A DNA stretch of 63,841 bases, counting the filler, from Ministeria vibrans ATCC 50519 (Eukaryota > Protista > Filasterea), in NCBI GenBank assembly GCA_943704425.1. It is 9 parts of 9 records of this genome, joined end to end, with 100 filler letters (N's around TTAATTAATTAA, not from the genome) between each part and the next. Parts side by side here need not be neighbours in the genome. Positions count along the whole stretch, not along the records: positions 37,035 to 40,468 come from CALSCP010002371.1; positions 40,569 to 52,079 come from CALSCP010000678.1; 7 more parts are not named here. One strand, 5' to 3'. Both the position numbers and the translations under genes were made by a program. This document shows, piece after piece, positions 39,591 to 50,845 of this stretch. How positions within the stretch are numbered: position 1 is the stretch's first letter; each line of letters begins with the position of its first letter. Below the pieces are notes generated by a model. The model ran no database searches and was not told where the DNA came from. It saw nothing but the letters and a program-made list of their open reading frames with translations.

Positions 39591-39649
39591 CCAGCACAGA
39601 GATTCAACGTTTCGTGTATTCAATACACTTCTTCAGGAATATGTGATGG
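39591..39649 (-). ncRNA. Minimal type I hammerhead ribozyme, copy 2
   Basis: Minus strand: CCAUCACAU AUUC CUGAAGA A GUGUAU UGA AUACAC GAAA CGUU GAAU CUC UGUGCUGG; CUGANGA/GAAA core, perfect stem II, AUUC/GAAU stem I, palindromic AACGUU stem III. Confidence 0.82.
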
Positions 39650-39932
39650 TGGAAAGAGGAAAAAAACTGACGAAATGAGAGGAGAGAGTGAGTTTAAATA
39701 GGAAAAGTCTTATGCAATGGAATTATGCAATATTGCGTAAGACTCATTGCATAATTCCTTTTGCGTAATTCCTATTGCGTAAGAGGCACTTGTCACTCGT
39801 TGTCAGAGAGAGGTGCGACCTGGGTGTCGGCGTTGTGGCGTAGCAGTTGTCGGAGGTTGCTGATACGTGACCAGGCGAGACGGACGTGACGTAGGACAGA
39901 TCGATCAGAGGGCGAGACTTTATGACGTAGAC

Positions 39933-39977
39933 GGGTTAGGGTTAGGGTTAGGGTTAGGGTTAGGGTTAGGGTTAGGG
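39933..39977 (+). repeat. Telomeric repeat tract (TTAGGG)7
   Basis: Direct reading. Confidence 0.97.
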
Positions 39978-40359
39978 TCCTTTGCTTTGTGATGTGACTG
40001 GCGCTGCACTAGACGTAACGTGAATGTGAGTGGCTGCGACTTTGGCGTTTGTTGTGCTCTGCTGACATTGGTGGTATGCTGTCGTGTGAGTGTGAGCTTA
40101 TAACGATGGTTATGTTTGTGGCTTGCGTGTTACTTTCACCTTGGGAGAGGTGGTGTGGTGTTGGCTGTCATGAGTAGACTGGCGTTGCGGTGGAATGAGA
40201 GAAATTTGTTTGTCTTGACTTATAGACCCTCTTGTAAGAGTGAGAGAGAAATGGGAGTAGAGAGTTAGAGAGGAGAGGGCGCGATGTATCCTGAGTGGGC
40301 CTCATAAGCTGCTTGAGTATGTGTTAAACGTCTGAATACAATCGTAAAGTTCATGTCTC

Positions 40360-40384
40360 GGTTAGGGTTAGGGTTAGGGTTAGG
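40360..40384 (+). repeat. Telomeric repeat tract (TTAGGG)3 + TTAGG
   Basis: Direct reading. Confidence 0.95.
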
Positions 40385-41493
40385 ATAATAGAATGAAGCC
40401 TGTTGGAAGGGTGTCGAAGACGGCAAAAGGGCCAAAAGTGCTACTTGACCCTATTGGGAAAATTTCAANNNNNNNNNNNNNNNNNNNNNNNNNNNNNNNN
40501 NNNNNNNNNNNNTTAATTAATTAANNNNNNNNNNNNNNNNNNNNNNNNNNNNNNNNNNNNNNNNNNNNGAGAGAGAGAGAGAGAGAGAGAGAGAGGAGCA
40601 GCAGATCGCAGAGACGGCATACTTCCGGCATACCCCGTTGCCGGTGACTAGCAGCGTCACGGGCTGCGTTGGGACCACCCCGGTGAAGATGTACGTCAAG
40701 GATGCGCCGGAGACGACACTACAATGCACAGGAGACCCGGGGGCGGGGCAGGGAAGGTGAGCGGGAACGATGTATTGTCTTGTGGGAAGTCTTGCGGTTC
40801 GTCTACCCTCCAACAGACTTGGTCTGCGATCCAGATGACGTCGTGACACACACCGGATCAAGAGCCAAGCTCATGCTGACGCTGGCAAAGACGCTTATGA
40901 GCGCGAGGAGCATGGCTTAATCTCTTATCAAAATTGACTGAAAAATTACTGAATAATTATTTTTTTCCACGTGAAAAGAACGTGAAAAGGACGTGAAAAA
41001 TCATTTGGAAATCGATTGGAAATCGTTCTGGGGCTTCACCCATGAGACAAACACCACCCCGGCGTACTGTAGCTACTACCGCCGCTTCCAGTCTCCCGTC
41101 ACTCCCGTTGGCGCTCACTTGAAACCGCGGAGCAATTTTCTCTTTTCCTTTCTCTCTTCTTTATCTCCTTTATCTCCCCTTTATCAATTCTCATGTGATC
41201 CTCTCCCGGGAGACCCTTGGGCGGCCGCCCAGCTCGCCTGCCTGCTCCAACGGCCCAACGCTAATTTACGCTATGTGCAGGCAGTGCAGCATGTGAATAT
41301 AACATGTTCTGCTGAGGCACATCTATGGATCTCTTCGTGGACGGCTAGAAACATATGTTGCCTATGTTTTGCAGGTTGTACAACAATTGATGTTATTTTT
41401 TGTGTTTTAAGCCGAGATGAGAGATCTCTCCAGATTTCAATTCTGCACCCTTTTTCACTATAGTACTCGCGATTTTTCGACTCCACTGCCATT

Positions 41494-43284
41494 ATGTCAC
41501 GCCCTTCTCGTGGTGCATCCGCGTTACTACGTGCAATTCTCTTTCAAGAAGAGGCTGACGACGAAGAAGTCGAGTTACACCGAACCCGCGACCAAGAGGA
41601 CTTTGGCTTCGTTTCGGAAGGTGATGAAGAGGATGTGGGGGATGGAGTGGAAGAAGATGAGGAGGATGCGGAGGACGAGGAGGACGAGGAGGAGGCAGGA
41701 CCGTCGCAACCGGCGAAAAAGCGTCGACGAACTGAACACAACTCGAACGAGCCCCGCTGGGTACAGAAGGACATTAAGCGTGGTGAAACGCCCTCACTAG
41801 ATGAAATGAACATCAATAGAGTCACTGAGGCGGTTTGGGAGGCTTCAGGCCCTATATTCGGCCGCGGGGAGGACGCGACCGAGGTTTTGTGCTTCAAAAA
41901 ATTCTTCACCCACGAAATCGTGTCCCACATCGCCGCCGAGTCCGTTCGCTACGCTGCCGCCAAGGGAAAACGCATACAACTTGATGCAGATGCCTTGTAC
42001 AAGTGGATTGGTGTTGTCCTTCTGCGCGCACAGCGTCGCCCGCGTCGCACCAAGGACCTGTGGAGCGATGACCCGTACGAGGGTCATCCTGAAATCGGGC
42101 GCATCATGTCACGCGACCGGTTCTTGAGCATTTTCTACGCTCTCCACGTCGACGAGTACACCGACGACGATGTGCAACGTGACAGTCTCGCGAGCATTCG
42201 CTCCTTGCACGACCAAATTCTCTTTGCGTGTCACACGTCGTACCGACCTAGCAAGCAAGTGTCGATCGATAAGATGACAGTGCCTTTCAAAGGTCATTGC
42301 AAACACCTCCAACTATTCAAAAGCAAGCCGCACGGCTCTGGTGGAGCACTCCGCGTCGATGCACTGTACTCAAGCGACACGGGCTACTGCTACTCGTTCG
42401 TGTTTGAGTGCGACAACACGAAGTGTCAAACCGACGAGACGCGTGGCATCACAAGCAGACTGCATGCCCGAACACTTTGGCTCGCCGAACAGCTGCCGCA
42501 CCAGTTCCATTACATCTACATGGACAATCTGTACATCAACGAGGGCCTTCTGCTGCAACTACTCAAGCGCAACCACTACGCTCTCGGCACTTGTCGCGCG
42601 CCGCCTGAGGAGGTCAAGCAAAAGCGTGTTGAAAAGAGAAAGCTCGAGGAAGTCCGTGGCACACTGAAAATCGCGCTCAATGCCTCCAGCACCGTTGCAG
42701 CGTTCTCGTACTACGACAAGTCGCCCGTACACATGATGACGTCCTACCGAGCGGCCTTTGACAAGTCGACAGCACCCAGAACTGGCCGAGATCGACCCCA
42801 AGCCCTCACTGACTACAACATGTTCATGAACGGTGTGGACCGTTCAGACCAGCTCCGGTGGCAGAGACCCTCGTACATGAAGGGTGTGAAATGGTGGAAG
42901 GCTGTGTTCTTCTTTTTCTTGGACCTCAGCGTTGTGAACGCGTTCATCATGTTCAAAAACCGGCCGAACGCAGACGGAGCAGCTCAGCCGACTCTCTACA
43001 ACTTTCGCCGCGCACTCATCAATGCACTCGCACCCACGCCCCCCAACCCCCGCCTCTTTCCCGGCCCACAGCCACGCACCGCTTCCTTTGAGAATCGCGC
43101 CATCGAGAAGCACTTCCTCGTACCCAATCCTGAAAAGGACCCAGCCACTGGTGGTCGGTCTGGTCGCTTACGCGCCTGCTTCCGCTGCAAAACTCACAAA
43201 ACGCGCTTCATCTGTCGCGAGTGCAACCGTGCCTATTGCCTGAACGACAAGCGACAGTGTTTCAACCTTGAGCATGGCATTTAG
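41494..43284 (+). mobile_element. piggyBac-family transposase (PGBD4-like), intact intronless 596-aa ORF
   Basis: Acidic N-terminus, MSRDRF, VSIDKMTVPFKG, IYMDNLY, YNMFMNGVDRSDQ, KWWKAVFFFFLD...NAFI, C-terminal Cys-rich CxxC..CxxC..C..C..H; TIRs not identified. Confidence 0.95.
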
Positions 43285-43419
43285 GGCGACTGGTGACAAG
43301 ATTTTCCGATTTTGTTCATGATTAGTATTTTTGTAAAAATTGAGAGCATAATATGTTACCCGTCCACGAAGAGGGATATCCTTCCGCTACCACTAAGCTT
43401 GTCAGTCTCATATCAAAAA

Positions 43420-44125
43420 AATGGGCGATAACAAGTTCCTCGGCTGCTGCGCTCTCTGTGTGACACCTACTTCCACCCCTCGACCCTAAGATTTAAGAAC
43501 GGCGACGAGTGATCTCTATTGAGCGCGACTTGACGCGCCACTTCAACGCCATGCATCTCAAGGAACTCGCCGAAGTCCTTGGCGCGCAAAGAGAAAACAC
43601 AGAAGACAGAGAAAGCCCAAAGCCATGGACTCGACGCTGAAGCTGCCTCACAACTTGGCTGCCAAGGCCCTTCAAGCTCAGATGCGACACACCGCCCTCA
43701 AGCTGCAGCCACTCGACGGATTGCAGTCCGCACCACTCAAAGGTTCGTGGGCGGAAGTCAGTTTGCCGGAGACCTTCTTTGCCGCTCGCGGGACCGTTCG
43801 CGACGCTATGATCAAGGAGCATACGTTAGTGAAGGACAAGCTCAAGGTGGAGCTCAAGAGCTACCCGTTTGTGTACATCACGATGGACGGTTGGTCTCGC
43901 AGAACCTCATCACATCACAACGGCATCAACGTATTGTTCATGGAGCGGATCACTATTCGACCACCACACCCGACCTCAGCGTCCCTGGCGGTATGCGCAC
44001 CACAATTACACTACGCGAGCGGCTACTTGCCCATCGGTACTCGGCGGGGCAGCAGACGGCAAAACATGTGTGCGCGGAACTGCTCAGCACTCCATCTGGC
44101 TATGATTTTTGCGTTCACGTTGTGA
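43420..44125 (+). pseudogene. Decayed hAT transposase fragment (BED finger + first catalytic Asp region)
   Basis: CALC...DLTRHFNAMH split across frames; KDKLKVELKSYPFVYITMDGWS; frameshifted LRERLLAH..QTAKHV. Confidence 0.7.
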
Positions 44126-44277
44126 GTAATACGTGGATTGTACGTATCATGAATAAATAAGTTTTAATCCTCTTCTAATCAAGTATAATAACGATTCGAA
44201 GAAGAAGAAGAAGACACAAGTAAATTTGATCTGCAAGCTAAAGACGTGCACGTCGTTGTCTATTTTAATTCTTCTTC

Positions 44278-44810
44278 TCAAATATTTTCCACGTACTCCA
44301 CTTCCTTCGTGGAGAGCGTCGTGCAGGTGACCCCGCCGTCGGTGTTGGTTTCCCCGACGGTAGCGGGCATGAACGTGCAACCGGTAATGCTCTGGGTTTG
44401 GAGCGTTGCGACAGTAGTGCCGGGAGTATCTCCGTCAACGGTGATGGTAGAAGTTGCACTGCTGGACTGTTCGAAACCGTCGATGGACACAAAGGTAAAT
44501 CCTGTCGCCAACTCGTTCACTCGAACGCGTCGATAACTCGTTGAGGTCCCAAACAAAACCCCCTTGCCCGCTCCAGAGCCCTGTAACACAACAAGTTTTC
44601 ATAAGTAAATAATTAATTTTAAAGCTGATGAGGGTGTAGACGCTTAAAAAGGTCAAGAAAACATCAACTTTCAAGTTCATCCTTAATTAATAACAACAAT
44701 GATAATAATTATTATAATTATATTCCATGTAGCGTATACGTGCACAGTACGGAGTAATAATTATTATTATTAATAATAATAAAATTAATTAATAATAAAA
44801 ATAATAATAA

Positions 44811-44850
<40 letters not shown>

Positions 44851-45053
44851 GAGAGGAAACACCGTACCTGAGCACCAACAGAGCCACCGGTGCAATAGAG
44901 CTCCATCTGGCACCGGTACGGCGTCTGCGTAGGCGCCGCGTGTACTTGAAGTACAACACAGAGAACAACAACGATAAAAAAAAGCGACCTACATAATGAA
45001 TAAGATGAACGTTTGCATCACACCAAAAAATTGTATTCTTAAACGCACTTCAT
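44278..45053 (-). CDS. Small secreted protein of unknown function (at least 3 exons)
   Basis: Micro-exon ATG AA spliced to SLFFIVVVLCVVLQVHA (signal peptide), then APTQTPYRCQMELYCTGGSVGAQ joined in phase 0 to GSGAGKG..EYVENI*. Confidence 0.6.
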
Positions 45054-47123
45054 GATGGAGATTGATTGATTGTCGTCAGTCAAAGTCGTTTAGAAGGCTA
45101 CAGATCTAGAAGAAACGCAAAATACAATAATAATAAAAATAATAAGAATAGTGAGTGCAGCATAATTATAATTATAATTATTGGGCTGTATTCTTCTTCT
45201 TCTTATAATAATGAAGAGTAATACAATGCTTCCACCATGTGCATAAACTAAGACTACTACCCCCAAGGGTGGAGCACCCATTAGTAGATACACAGAGTAA
45301 ATAGATGCGCTAGGCGCTCTCGCAGCAAGCGTACGAAAAAAGTGAAGAACTCGGAGAGACGTACATAATAATATAATAATAATAATTATAATAATTATTA
45401 TAATTAATATACAACATCAAACTGAATGACTATGGCATCTGATCGTGCCAACACCCGCAAAAAATACAGATCCGCTTCGAATCGACGACCCTATTACGCA
45501 AAGTACAAACACCACTGCTGCAGCGTGCAAACAGAAGCGAAAGACGCCCGGCAGAATCCGCAGGCAGCCCGAAACGAACCCGAAACACGGCTTGCGAAAA
45601 CGCCCAAAAAAGAGAAAAAAAAAAGGTGTTACAATTGTACGGACTGTATTGGCGCTCACCAGCGCCCGTAACCAATCGCACCTCAATCTCAAACAACATT
45701 GCTGCAAACGGATGCGCCAGACATCAGACATCAAGCAGAATTTGCAGGCGGCCGGGGGAGACGAATGAGACGGAAATGAGACGACAACGACTTGCCTGCG
45801 CCCCGCATACCCACCACCACGATAGACGGNNNNNNNNNNNNNNNNNNNNNNNNNNNNNNNNNNNNNNNNNNNNNNNNNNNNNNNNNNNNNNNNNNNNNNN
45901 NNNNNNNNNNNNNNNNNNNNNNNNNNNNNNNNNNNNNNNNNNNNNNNNNNNNNNNNNNNNNNNNNNNNNNNNNNNNNNNNNNNNNNNNNNNNNNNNNNNN
46001 NNNNNNNNNNNNNNNNNNNNNNNNNNNNNNNNNNNNNNNNNNNNNNNNNNNNNNNNNNNNNNNNNNNNNNNNNNNNNNNNNNNNNNNNNNNNNNNNNNNN
46101 NNNNNNNNNNNNNNNNNNNNNNNNNNNNNNNNNNNNNNNNNNNNNNNNNNNNNNNNNNNNNNNNNNNNNNNNNNNNNNNNNNNNNNNNNNNNNNNNNNNN
46201 NNNNNNNNNNNNNNNNNNNNNNNNNNNNNNNNNNNNNNNNNNNNNNNNNNNNNNNNNNNNNNNNNNNNNNNNNNNNNNNNNNNNNNNNNNNNNNNNNNNN
46301 NNNNNNNNNNNNNNNNNNNNNNNNNNNNNNNNNNNNNNNNNNNNNNNNNNNNNNNNNNNNNNNNNNNNNNNNNNNNNNNNNNNNNNNNNNNNNNNNNNNN
46401 NNNNNNNNNNNNNNNNNNNNNNNNNNNNNNNNNNNNNNNNNNNNNNNNNNNNNNNNNNNNNNNNNNNNNNNNNNNNNNNNNNNNNNNNNNNNNNNNNNNN
46501 NNNNNNNNNNNNNNNNNNNNNNNNNNNNNNNNNNNNNNNNNNNNNNNNNNNNNNNNNNNNNNNNNNNNNNNNNNNNNNNNNNNNNNNNNNNNNNNNNNNN
46601 NNNNNNNNNNNNNNNNNNNNNNNNNNNNNNNNNNNNNNNCACCCATCCATATATCTATCCTCATAATCTAACACACAGTCACGACAACAAGCACACCAGC
46701 CGCCCTACAGCCGACCCGCCCCGCCTGTGTACCACGGGAGCGCCCCGCAGCCACCTGGACTTGCCGCCGCCGACCACCGATCCGATTGCCTCAACCACGA
46801 CTTCGACTTTACACTCCTTGCCGACAGACACCTTCATGGTGTCAGAGCCCTCAGCCTCCTCTGGGGGTATGGCGTACCATTGCGATTGCCTCACTGGATA
46901 GCGTCGACACAGCACTATGACCTGCCACTGTTCTCCCATGTTACCTCTAGAGTTTCGGTCGAGTTTGCAAGGCGGTCTGGCTGTGTCTTCGCGTGGTGAC
47001 TGTATCATTAATAAATGGGTTGTATTCTTCTTCTTCTTCTTCTTCTTATAAATGGGTTGTATTCTTCTTCTTCTTCTTCTTCTTCTTCTTATTATTATTA
47101 TTATTATTATTATTATTCTAAAT

Positions 47124-49336
47124 ATGTTCAAAAACGACTTTCAAGGCGGTACTTTCCTGGAAGTTTACTCCCCTCAAGTACAGGCCAATTGCAAATCTTT
47201 TGTTTGTTTGTTTTTTATGGAATCGAAATTCAATCAATGTCAATAATTCAAATCCACAGGGTAGTCAGACGCCTGGAAGTGTCTTCAAGTGCACCGGGAG
47301 CATCACGAAGCGATATTCAAGGGAGGCCAAGAGTAACGTAGTCTCTATTGAGGGCAGCGCGACAACGTCGAGTCGACTTCAATTGCCTCGTTCGGAAACG
47401 CTCTCGCTGGGCCTGACGCAACGCTTTCTTGTGCTCCAAGTAAGAGCCTGAGAGACCGTGTAAAACGTCACGGCAACTGTGCATGGATGAAACCGCTGCG
47501 CTTAGGTTTATGTGAGTGTTTCGGCACCATTTTGCGTTGAACTGTCACTTCTCGCCAACGATGGCGTTCGACACCGCACGATTCTGTCCACGGTTCAGCG
47601 CGAGTTTCAAGTTACACATCTTCATGCAAAGGTGCCTCTGGGCATTGTGTGTCGCGGCGTTTGGAACAATTTGTGCCTGGATGTACATTCACTGTTGGTC
47701 GGTTGTTTCCCTTCTGCTCTTCCGCGCTCCATCGACTCCATTGCCATTACCTCCTCCTGTAAACTGCGCAAGGTACTGTATTCATCAATTGCATCAGCAT
47801 TGAACACTGTTTGTATCAGTCAACAGCTATTGTATTCGTCCATTATTATTATTCTCAGCTGTTACGTGTTTCTGTCGCTTCATTTCATTTACTTCTATTT
47901 TTATGTCGTTACATGTTTCCTAGATATTCACCATGAAAGAGTGTCCTGTCGACACGAGTGTGGGTGGTGTTGCACGTGATGCACGGGGGCCCGTTGGCAC
48001 CGAGCCGATTCCACGCAACCTGAAAATGCATCCTGACACGCCGAGTGTGACACAAGTCATCGATATTGACGCGGCGCTGTCCTCTCCTTCAAGAGTCTGT
48101 CGTGCGCCGTCACCTGCAAAGGCAACAGCGTTGCCGGCACGCAAATTGGTGAACTTGACGAATTCCAAGTCAACCGCGGTGACGACGTCAAAGAGCCCTA
48201 GTTCAGGTCGCAGCAGGCATGTGTGTGGGAGAGAGCAGAATGACAAGACGGTAGGGGAGTCGTTGTCTGTGAAAGATGACGACAGCGAGCCCGATAGCAA
48301 ACTGTACAGGTATACGTCGGAACCTGTTGTGACGCGTGTGCCTTCTCGCTCTCGATCGGTCGCCCTGGCATCCACAACAGGATCATCATTGCACGATATC
48401 GATGCAACCCGATTGAGACGCCTGTCCTACGAAGACGACGACTTTAGCGCTACATCCAGTCCCGACAAGTCTATGGATCAAGCAGACGACCCCGATCTTG
48501 ACAGCACTGACAATGTTGAAGATGAAGAAGAAGCGGGTACGAAGGAGATTGCCTGCGAAGAGGATGATTGGAGAGGAGACGCGTCGACAGACAGCACGGA
48601 CGAGGAGGCGCGCTTTATGGAGCGGGTTACGAAAAAGAGTCATCGCCGGAAGAAGAAAGGCGTCGACGAGTGGCGTCCGCTCGAGCGACAAGCTGTTGTT
48701 GCCGCCGAGTATTCGTACGGAACGCTGGCTAGTGACACGTCCATGGTGCGCAGCAACTACGATAGCGAAGATGACGACCAGCTGCTGATGCGACCGAGTC
48801 GAGGCGGTTTAGGATTGTCTGGGCGTCTTGGTGACTCGGCTGGCTCGTACGCATTGATTGACGCTGCTCAATTGATATCGCTTGGTGATGACGACGATGA
48901 TCATGATGGTGCATTCGGACGGTCACCAACGAGGGTGTTTGCATCGGATAATGATGAGAGCGTAGACAGCGGCAACGACCTCACCGATGAGAGGCGACGA
49001 CAAACACGCGCATTTAGTCCACCTCTTGTGTCGAACGCGAATAGTTCGGGTCGCCTCACCGCTGGAGGGGGCGTCAGGCCGCAAACTCAAGGGGAGGTTT
49101 TGGAATGCAGCTTTGGTGGTATGTCGTTGCAAGGTGGGCTACTGGGCCGTATGTTTGGGCCGCCGGAGAATGCTGTTGAGGATCAGGACAGCGGCGTGTG
49201 TGGGCGCTCGGCTGAAGAACTCATGGAGGAGGAGGATGATGAAGAGGAGGAGGGGGAGGACTTGGAGCTTCTCTTTGACCCCCAACTGAATTGTTACTTT
49301 GATCCTAAGACCAATCGCTACTACGAGTTGGCGTGA
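47124..49336 (+). CDS. CFAP20DC: CFAP20 domain-containing protein (C3orf67)
   Basis: MFKNDFQGGTFLEVYSPQG, LGLTQRFLVLQ, LHAKVPL..WNNLCLD, CKLRK|IFTMK; C-terminal LLFDPQLNCYFDPKTNRYYELA*. Confidence 0.92.
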
Positions 49337-49498
49337 GTGAGAAACATTAACGTACTGCTCAATTAATAATAATTATTATTATTAATAATAAAATAAAATT
49401 ATTAATATAATAATATTATTTTTTCTGTAACAACAATCATAATTGTTCTCTTACATCAAAAATAATTAGTTTTAAAATTTTACTCATTGTTATTGTTG

Positions 49499-50777
49499 TT
49501 AATTTTCTGTCGGTCGCGCAATTCGCAGCTTCTCTTCGCATTCGTCACGCAACAGAAACTTCTGAATCTTTCCGGTGACCGTCATAGGATAGGAATCAAC
49601 AAACTACAGAGTGAAAGACGCGTCAGCTCATGCCGAACCAGGATCGGCCGTTGCCTCTTACGCGCACATACGCCGGCACCTTATAGTGCGCAATCTCGCC
49701 CTTGCAAAAATCCTTGACGTCCTCCTCCGTCATAGTCGCCCCTTGCTTCAACTCCACACACGCACATATTTGCTCGCCATACTAAAAACGAGATCAAAAA
49801 GACAGTCACAAAGACGCACAACAAATGAATCAATATCAAAATCGTATCGAGAAGACACAATTCGAAACAAGCCATTCAAAGTAAAAGTGGTTTGAAACAA
49901 ACAGAAACGAATGAGAAAATAAAACAATAATAATAAAATAATAATAACAATAACAATAATAATATAATTCACGTCACATTTTGAGATACCTTTTCATCAT
50001 ACACTCCCACAACATTGACATTCTTGATCTTCTCGTGTGTGAACAAAAAGTTCTCAATCTCAACGGGAAACACATTTTCTCCGCCACGAATAATCACATC
50101 CTAAGCCCAAAACACCAAAATAATTATTATCATTCACTATTATTTTTTATCCATTAAAGTCAAGCGTTCTTCTAAAGTTCACCTTGTTCCGCCCCACAAT
50201 GCTCAAATACCTATATATAAACAAGTCTCACATATATTCATACACTCTAGGGACCCTATTCTTTTCCATACCCTTCCTTGTCCATCACCGCCAAATCCCC
50301 TACAAACAACAAAATCCTCAACACTCTACCAATACACATCACACACACCCTATTCCCACCAGTCTTCATCCAGCCTGCCTCAATTGCATCTTCCGTGCGC
50401 ACGGGATCATTCCAGTACCCCTGCATCACACCATACCCCTACAGAGTAACAAGCACGCTCACAACGTCAGAGATTGCGTCCCATATCGGTCCACCCATTC
50501 AAACGCGAACCTTGACATACAGCTCGCCCTTCTCGTTGTGTGCAACGTCCTTGCCCGTCGCTGGGTCCACCACGCGCGCAAGGACATGTGGCATCACCTT
50601 ACCCACCGTCCCACATCGCTTCTCAAGCGGATCATCGATGGACGTCTACACGGAGAAGGAGAAGGGAAATACTTGAATCAGAACAAATAAACGACGGAGA
50701 AGGTGTATATCAACCCCAAGTCAATAATTTTCATGAGAAAAAAAACAAAAGGTTGCCAATGCAACAAACAGAGCAAT

Positions 50778-50845
<68 letters not shown>

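Larger units (their letters stand above)
38305..40468 (-). mobile_element. Tandem chain of 5'-truncated endonuclease-deficient Penelope-like retroelements with telomeric repeats (3 copies: 38305-~39130, 39454-39935, 40380-40468+)
   Basis: Near-identical ~330-nt 3' UTR unit starting ggttaggataata.aatgaagcc repeated three times; PLE-type RT C-terminal ORF; (TTAGGG)n at junctions; hammerhead motif in the UTR. Confidence 0.85.

Noticed and set aside
38305-40468. Repeat-spacer pattern as a CRISPR-like array
   Set aside because: Units are hundreds of nt long, include RT coding sequence and TTAGGG tracts, and no cas genes are present; the context is eukaryotic.
40569-40920. Possible terminal exons of an unknown gene (also 46680-46999)
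   Set aside because: Coding-like, but the frame is ambiguous and there is no recognisable motif; not reported as features.
40915-43385. Candidate piggyBac termini TTAA-TCTCTT (40917) and AAGAGGG-ATAT (~43370)
   Set aside because: The match is too short, and the right side lacks TTAA.
37035-44125. A single transposon island spanning the PLE, piggyBac and hAT elements
   Set aside because: A scaffold spacer at 40469-40568 separates them, so linkage is not shown.
45731-45829. PSIVVVGMRGAGKS resembling the AROM shikimate kinase P-loop
   Set aside because: Only 14 residues at a gap edge, with no downstream shikimate kinase sequence in any frame I could find; unsupported.
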